Origin: Macrostomum hystrix
Lineage: Eukaryota > Animalia > Platyhelminthes
Assembly (NCBI GenBank): GCA_950097015.1
Contig: CATNEN010000030.1
Location: 3,100,001-3,164,000 of the forward strand
Length of the DNA stretch: 64,000 nt
Direction: 5' to 3'
The notes beneath the pieces are model-generated. The model had not been told where the DNA came from and searched no databases. It saw nothing but the letters and a program-made list of their open reading frames with translations. Shown piece after piece: positions 56,801 through 64,000 of the stretch (positions are counted from its first letter, which is position 1; every line of letters begins with the position of its first letter). Position numbers and translations under genes: made by a program.

Positions 56801-58083
56801 TCATAATTAGATGACGTCATAACTAGATGACGTGAAAATTAGATGACGTCATAATTAGATGACGTCATAAAAGACAGAAGGACCCACCGGATTATAGAAG
56901 CTGATTCTCTCTTTAACAAGAAACGGCACGGCGGTGTCCACTCGCCAGGTGGTTGGATTGCAGGCGCCACCGAGAAACACCGAGCAGCGCGGCTCGTCAC
57001 CGTTGAATCCGCCGCTGCTGCGGCCTGGTAGAAATTTCGATTGACCGCCGGCGCTACGACTAAAACGGCGCCATTTGGCGCCACTTGACTGACGACCGCA
57101 GGCGTTTACCGACGCCGCCGATGTCAAGCTCCGGCTTTGAGTCGAACTGACTTTTCGCCGATTTTTCAAACAGGCAACCAACACGCAGAACATCTCGAAC
57201 GAGAAGCCGGAGCTGCCGTGCCGACTGTGCCTGCTGGCGCGGAGAGCGGCTTTTAGGCTGACTGGAAACTCGCTGCACTGCAGCTCCAAGACTGAAAATG
57301 TAAGTTTAAATTCAGAATCGATTAGCTTTTAAAGCCTTTAATTGTTCTCTGATACGAAGTCAGTCATTCCTTGTTGTCTCAGTCATTCCTTGGTGTATCA
57401 GTCATTCCTTGGTGTATCAGTCATTCCTTGGTGTATCAGTCATTCCTTGGTGTGTCAGTCATTCCTTGGTGTATCAGTCATTCCTTGTTGTGTCGGTCAT
57501 TCATTGGTGTGTCAGTCATTCCTTGATGTATCAGTCATTCCTTGATGTTCAGTCATTCATTGGTGTGTCACTCATTCCTTGATGTTTTGGTCATTCATAA
57601 GTGTGTCGGTCATTCCTTGGTGTGTCGGTCATTCCTTGTTGTGTCGGTAATTCATTTGTGTTTCAGTCATTCCTTGGTGTCACTCATTCCTTGATGTATC
57701 AGTCATTCCTTGATGTTTTGGTCATTCATAAGTGTGTCGGTCATTCCTTGGTGTGTCGGTCATTCCTTGATGTATCAGTCATTCCTTGATGTTTCGGTCA
57801 TTCATTAGTGTGTCGGTTATTCCTTGATGTATCAGTCATTTCTTGATGTTTCGGTCATTCATTAGTGTGTCGGTCATTCCTTGATGTATCAGTCATTTCT
57901 TGATGTGTCGCAAATTCCGCTAGACTTACTCTGCGATTTGCTGGGATAGACTCCTAAATAATGCGAAGCCTTCTGAATGCGCTGCACCAGTTGGCCTCTG
58001 TCTGTGCGAGCGGCGCTGTCTAATTGGTAGCGATCGAATGCCGCCCTCAACTGCCTGCCGATTTGAGTTTGTTTCGTAATAGG
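53899..58083 (-). CDS. raw: Raw/OLRN-1-like protein: two nucleoside 2-deoxyribosyltransferase-like domains, each preceded by a degenerate EF-hand-like segment (about 601 aa, 5' end unresolved)
   Basis: Exons 58083-57930, 57291-56888, 56742-56534, 55977-55857, 55608-55060 and 54267-53899 (1806 nt, in frame). Duplicated signature VFLGGACNPTTWRVDTAVPFLVKERISFYNPQV and VFLGGTCGQSRWRDDSAIPRLQAAGISYYNPQI; LLFV..TR..ASIVESAYL; EF-hand-like ELFRCHDIDHTGRIS. Confidence 0.85.
54330..55012. repeat. 33-bp minisatellite (CAGGGTACCACAGCTGGATCAATCCTGATGCTT)n
   Basis: About 20 units filling the last raw intron; the first units are a variant type. Confidence 0.96.
55642..55762 (-). mobile_element. Decayed SINE family 1 fragment
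   Basis: GACACCTG...TACAGCTGTTCAGTCTGTGGACTG similarity. Confidence 0.6.
56781..56870. promoter_or_regulatory. 16-bp tandem repeat of CRE/ATF palindromes in a raw intron (candidate enhancer)
   Basis: ATGACGTCAT with TGACGTCA at 56796, 56812, 56844 and 56860, a variant at 56828, separated by TAATTAG. The repeat is certain; the function is inferred. Confidence 0.4.
57355..57910. repeat. About 19-bp degenerate minisatellite (GTCATTCCTTGGTGTATCA)n
   Basis: Fills a raw intron (57292-57929). Confidence 0.92.
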
Positions 58084-58114
58084 CTAGTCAAAATTCATGC
58101 CATCATGAAAATTC

Positions 58115-58322
58115 ATACCTGAACTACCTGCTACTCAATACTGAACCCCATGAACTACCTGCTACTCAATACCTGAACTACCTGCTAATCAATACCTTAA
58201 CTACCTGCTAATCAATACCTGAACTACCTACTAATCAATACCTGAACTACCTGCTAATCAATACCTGAACTACCTACTAATCAATACCTGAACGACCTGA
58301 AACTTAATGCCTGAACTACCTG
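58115..58322. repeat. 23-bp minisatellite (TACCTGAACTACCTGCTAATCAA)n
   Basis: About 8 units. Confidence 0.9.
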
Positions 58323-58708
58323 TTAGCTGCCAGAGCTAGCTGTCACTGGCTACTTAACTTGAACTGTACAGGCATGAATGCATATATGTGAATATAAATG
58401 CCTAAAATTCTACATTAAAAAAAAAGCTTCTCACGTTAAAAATTTAGATTTCATTGCGGCTGAGAAGGCGGAAATCCTTCAAACCGGAAGCAAGTCACAG
58501 TATTGGTGCCCGCTAGAACTGATGTACAGCTTTCTTGCTTTTGCTGCTGCTGCTGCTGCTGCTGGTGCGTTTGACGCTTGCAGCTCGAACACAAGAATTA
58601 GCCTGAAAAATCAATCGACTTTCTTTACTAGAAAATTAGGAAGATGTGGATTTTAAGGGCAGTGGAGGTCTATCATGGGATTTGGGATACAAGCATTCTG
58701 ATTCTGAC

Positions 58709-61700
58709 GAACAGCAGCAACCAATCTAGGGATTTACGCTCATAGAATAGCAGCAACCAATCTAGGGATTTACACTCATAGAATAGCAGCAACCAATCTA
58801 GGGATTTACACTCATAGAACAGCAGCAACCAATCTAGGGATTTACACTCATAGAACAGCAGCAACCAATCTAGGGATTTACACTCATAGAATAGCAGCAA
58901 CCAATCTAGGGATTTACACTCATAGAACAGCAGCAACCAATCTAGGGATTTACACTCATTGAACAGCAGCAACCAATCTAGGGATTTACACTCATAGAAC
59001 AGCAGCAACCAATCTAGGGATTTACACTCATTGAACAGCAGCAACCAATCTAGGGATTTACACTCATTGAACAGCAGCAACCAATCTAGGGATTTACACT
59101 CATAGAACAGCAGCAACCAATCTAGGGATTTACACTCATAGAATAGCAGCAACCAATCTAGGGATTTACACTCATAGAACAGCAGCAACCAATCTAGGGA
59201 TTTACACTCATTGAACAGCAGCAACCAATCTAGGGATTTACACTCATAGAACAGCAGCAACCAATCTAGGGATTTACACTCATTGAACAGCAGCAACCAA
59301 TCTAGGGATTTACACTCATAGAACAGCAGCAACCAATCTAGGGATTTACGCTCATTGAACAGCAGCAACCAATCTAGGGATTTACACTCATAGAACAGCA
59401 GCAACCAATCTAGGGATTTACACTCATAGAATAGCAGCAACCAATCTAGGGATTTACACTCATAGAACAGCAGCAACCAATCTAGGGATTTACACTCATT
59501 GAACAGCAGCAACCAATCTAGGGATTTACACTCATTGAACAGCAGCAACCAATCTAGGGATTTACGCTCATTGAACAGCAGCAACCAATCTAGGGATTTA
59601 CGCTCATAGAATAGCAGCAACCAATCTAGGGATTTACACTCATTGAACAGCAGCAACCAATCTAGGGATTTACACTCATAGAACAGCAGCAACCAATCTA
59701 GGGATTTACGCTCATAGAACAGCAGCAACCAATCTAGGGATTTACACTCATAGAACAGCAGCAACCAATCTAGGGATTTACACTCATAGAACAGCAGCAA
59801 CCAATCTAGGGATTTACACTCATTGAACAGCAGCAACCAATCTAGGGATTTACGCTCATAGAACAGCAGCAACCAATCTAGGGATTTACACTCATAGAAC
59901 AGCAGCAACCAATCTAGGGATTTACGCTCATAGAACAGCAGCAACCAATCTAGGGATTTACACTCATAGAACAGCAGCAACCAATCTAGGGATTTACGCT
60001 CATAGAATAGCAGCAACCAATCTAGGGATTTACACTCATAGAACAGCAGCAACCAATCTAGGGATTTACACTCATAGAACAGCAGCAACCAATCTAGGGA
60101 TTTACACTCATAGAACAGCAGCAACCAATCTAGGGATTTACACTCATAGAATAGCAGCAACCAATCTAGGGATTTACACTCATAGAATAGCAGCAACCAA
60201 TCTAGGGATTTACACTCATAGAACAGCAGCAACCAATCTAGGGATTTACACTCATTGAACAGCAGCAACCAATCTAGGGATTTACACTCATAGAACAGCA
60301 GCAACCAATCTAGGGATTTACACTCATAGAACAGCAGCAACCAATCTAGGGAATTACGCTCATTGAACAGCAGCAACCAATCTAGGGATTTACACTCATT
60401 GAACAGCAGCAACCAATCTAGGGATTTACGCTTATAGAATAGCAGCAACCAATCTAGGGATTTATGCTCATAGAACAGCAGCAACCAATCTAGGGATTTA
60501 CGCTCATTGAACAGCAGCAACCAATCTAGGGATTTACGCTCATTGAACAGCAGCAACCAATCTAGGGATTTACGCTCATAGAACAGCAGCAACCAATCTA
60601 GGGATTTACACTCATAGAACAGCAGCAACCAATCTAGGGATTTACGCTCATTGAACAGCAGCAACCAATCTAGGGATTTACACTCATAGAACAGCAGCAA
60701 CCAATCTAGGGATTTACACTCATAGAACAGCAGCAACCAATCTAGGGATTTACGCTCATAGAACAGCAGCAACCAATCTAGGGATTTACGCTCATTGAAC
60801 AGCAGCAACCAATCTAGGGATTTACACTCATTGAATAGCAGCAACCAATCTAGGGATTTACACTCATTGAACAGCAGCAACCAATCTAGGGATTTACGCT
60901 CATAGAACAGCAGCAACCAATCTAGGGATTTACACTCATAGAACAGCAGCAACCAATCTAGGGATTTACGCTCATAGAATAGCAGCAACCAATCTAGGGA
61001 TTTACACTCATAGAACAGCAGCAACCAATCTAGGGATTTACACTCATAGAACAGCAGCAACCAATCTAGGGATTTACACTCATTGAACAGCAGCAACCAA
61101 TCTAGGGATTTACGCTCATAGAACAGCAGCAACCAATCTAGGGATTTACGCTCATAGAACAGCAGCAACCAATCTAGGGATTTACGCTCATTGAACAGCA
61201 GCAACCAATCTAGGGATTTACGCTCATTGAACAGCAGCAACCAATCTAGGGATTTACACTCATTGAATAGCAGCAACCAATCTAGGGATTTACACTCATT
61301 GAACAGCAGCAACCAATCTAGGGATTTACGCTCATTGAACAGCAGCAACCAATCTAGGGATTTACACTCATAGAACAGCAGCAACCAATCTAGGGATTTA
61401 CACTCATAGAACAGCAGCAACCAATCTAGGGATTTACACTCATAGAACAGCAGCAACCAATCTAGGGATTTACGCTCATAGAATAGCAGCAACCAATCTA
61501 GGGATTTACACTCATAGAATAGCAGCAACCAATCTAGGGATTTACACTCATAGAACAGCAGCAACCAATCTAGGGATTTACACTCATAGAACAGCAGCAA
61601 CCAATCTAGGGATTTACACTCATAGAATAGCAGCAACCAATCTAGGGATTTACACTCATAGAACAGCAGCAACCAATCTAGGGATTTACACTCATAGAAC

Positions 61701-64000
61701 AGCAGCAACAATCTAGGGATTTACGCTCATAGAACAGCAGCAACCAATCTAGGGATTTACGCTCATAGAACAGCAGCAACCAATCTAGGGATTTACACTC
61801 ATAGAACAGCAGCAACCAATCTAGGGATTTACACTCATAGAACAGCAGCAACCAATCTAGGGATTTACACTCATAGAACAGCAGCAACCAATCTAGGGAT
61901 TTATGCTCATAGAACTAGCAGCAACCAATCTAGGGATTTACACTCATAGAACAGCAGCAACCAATCTAGGGATTTACACTCATAGAATAGCAGCAACCAA
62001 TCTAGGGATTTACACTCATAGAACAGCAGCAACCAATCTAGGGATTTACACTCATTGAACAGCAGCAACCAATCTAGGGATTTACACTCATTGAACAGCA
62101 AGCAACCAATCTAGGGATTTACACTCATTGAACAGCAGCAACCAATCTAGGGATTTACGCTCATAGAATAGCAGCAACCAATCTAGGGATTTACACTCAT
62201 AGAACAGCAGCAACCAATCTAGGGATTTACACTCATAGAACAGCAGCAACCAATCTAGGGATTTACACTCATTGAACAGCAGCAACCAATCTAGGGATTT
62301 ACACTCATTGAACAGCAGCAACCAATCTAGGGATTTACGCTCATAGAATAGCAGCAACCAATCTAGGGATTTACACTCATTGAACAGCAGCAACCAATCT
62401 AGGGATTTACACTCATTGAACAGCAGCAACCAATCTAGGGATTTACGCTCATTGAACAGCAGCAACCAATCTAGGGATTTACGCTCATAGAATAGCAGCA
62501 ACCAATCTAGGGATTTACACTCATTGAACAGCAACAACCAATCTAGGGATTTACACTCATAGAACAGCAGCAACCAATCTAGGGATTTACGCTCATAGAA
62601 CAGCAGCAACCAATCTAGGGATTTACACTCATTGAACAGCAGCAACCAATCTAGGGATTTACGCTCATAGAACAGCCGCAACCAATCTAGGGATTTACGC
62701 TCATAGAACAGCAGCAACCAATCTAGGGATTTACGCTCATAGAATAGCAGCAACCAATCTAGGGATTTACACTCATAGAACAGCAGCAACCAATCTAGGG
62801 ATTTACACTCATAGAACAGCAGCAACCAATCTAGGGATTTACACTCATTGAACAGCAGCAACCAATCTAGGGATTTACACTCATTGAACAGCAGCAACCA
62901 ATCTAGGGATTTACGCTCATAGAACAGCAGCAACCAATCTAGGGATTTACACTCATTGAACAGCAGCAACCAATCTAGGGATTTACACTCATAGAACAGC
63001 AGCAACCAATCTAGGGATTTACACTCATAGAACAGCAGCAACCAATCTAGGGATTTACACTCATTGAACAGCAGCAACCAATCTAGGGATTTACACTCAT
63101 TGAACAGCAGCAACCAATCTAGGGATTTACACTCATTGAACAGCAACAACCAATCTAGGGATTTACACTCATTGAACAGCAGCAACCAATCTAGGGATTT
63201 ACGCTCATAGAATAGCAGCAACCAATCTAGGGATTTACACTCATAGAACAGCAGCAACCAATCTAGGGATTTACACTCATAGAACAGCAGCAACCAATCT
63301 AGGGATTTACACTCATTGAACAGCAGCAACCAATCTAGGGATTTACACTCATTGAACAGCAGCAACCAATCTAGGGATTTACACTCATTGAACAGCAACA
63401 ACCAATCTAGGGATTTACACTCATTGAACAGCAGCAACCAATCTAGGGATTTACGCTCATAGAATAGCAGCAACCAATCTAGGGATTTACACTCATAGAA
63501 CAGCAGCAACCAATCTAGGGATTTACACTCATAGAACAGCAGCAACCAATCTAGGGATTTACACTCATTGAACAGCAGCAACCAATCTAGGGATTTACAC
63601 TCATTGAACAGCAGCAACCAATCTAGGGATTTACGCTCATAGAATAGCAGCAACCAATCTAGGGATTTACACTCATTGAACAGCAGCAACCAATCTAGGG
63701 ATTTACACTCATTGAACAGCAGCAACCAATCTAGGGATTTACGCTCATTGAACAGCAGCAACCAATCTAGGGATTTACGCTCATAGAATAGCAGCAACCA
63801 ATCTAGGGATTTACACTCATTGAACAGCAACAACCAATCTAGGGATTTACACTCATAGAACAGCAGCAACCAATCTAGGGATTTACGCTCATAGAACAGC
63901 AGCAACCAATCTAGGGATTTACACTCATTGAACAGCAGCAACCAATCTAGGGATTTACGCTCATAGAACAGCAGCAACCAATCTAGGGATTTACACTCAT
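58709..64000. repeat. 36-bp satellite/minisatellite (AACAGCAGCAACCAATCTAGGGATTTACACTCATAG)n, running off the window
   Basis: About 147 highly homogeneous units; source of the 1012-aa and 629-aa LLLFYECKSLDW ORFs. Confidence 0.98.

Noticed and set aside
58673-63977. 1012-aa and 629-aa ORFs (LLLFYECKSLDW repeats)
   Set aside because: Translation of a 36-bp DNA array; they are broken by 1-nt indels and show no independent evidence of coding.

Overview
Eukaryotic (animal) genomic DNA, most likely from a Macrostomum-like free-living flatworm. That assignment is an inference from GC-rich exons, introns filled with minisatellites, and a 29-nt match to the Macrostomum spliced leader (SL) as I recall it. 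I built seven protein-coding gene models by hand from splice sites and reading frame, all on the minus strand. In transcription order they are: raw/OLRN-1-like (two nucleoside 2-deoxyribosyltransferase-like domains), mitochondrial tyrosyl-tRNA synthetase YARS2, the DNA-protein-crosslink protease SPRTN, an M3A oligopeptidase (thimet oligopeptidase/neurolysin), SCHIP1, a three-Ig-domain type I membrane protein, and an intronless FAM177-like ORF. Non-coding DNA holds two tRNA-derived SINE families, a decayed CpG-depleted LINE, and more than 20 unrelated minisatellite arrays, including a 5.3-kb 36-bp array at the right edge. Nearly all long ORFs in the supplied track that are not listed here come from these arrays. 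The most interesting signal is that three genes (YARS2, the M3A peptidase and possibly raw) have in-frame, ATG-less N-termini that begin exactly at a 3' splice acceptor, and two of these look like mitochondrial presequences. This fits the AUG at the 3' end of the flatworm SL acting as the start codon, which could let trans-splicing control mitochondrial targeting within a candidate operon. Also notable are bZIP-site arrays (AP-1 and CRE) in and next to raw, whose fly homologue restrains JNK/AP-1 signalling, and a strong local CpG-decay signature in transposons. No database searches were run; all homology calls come from motif recognition.
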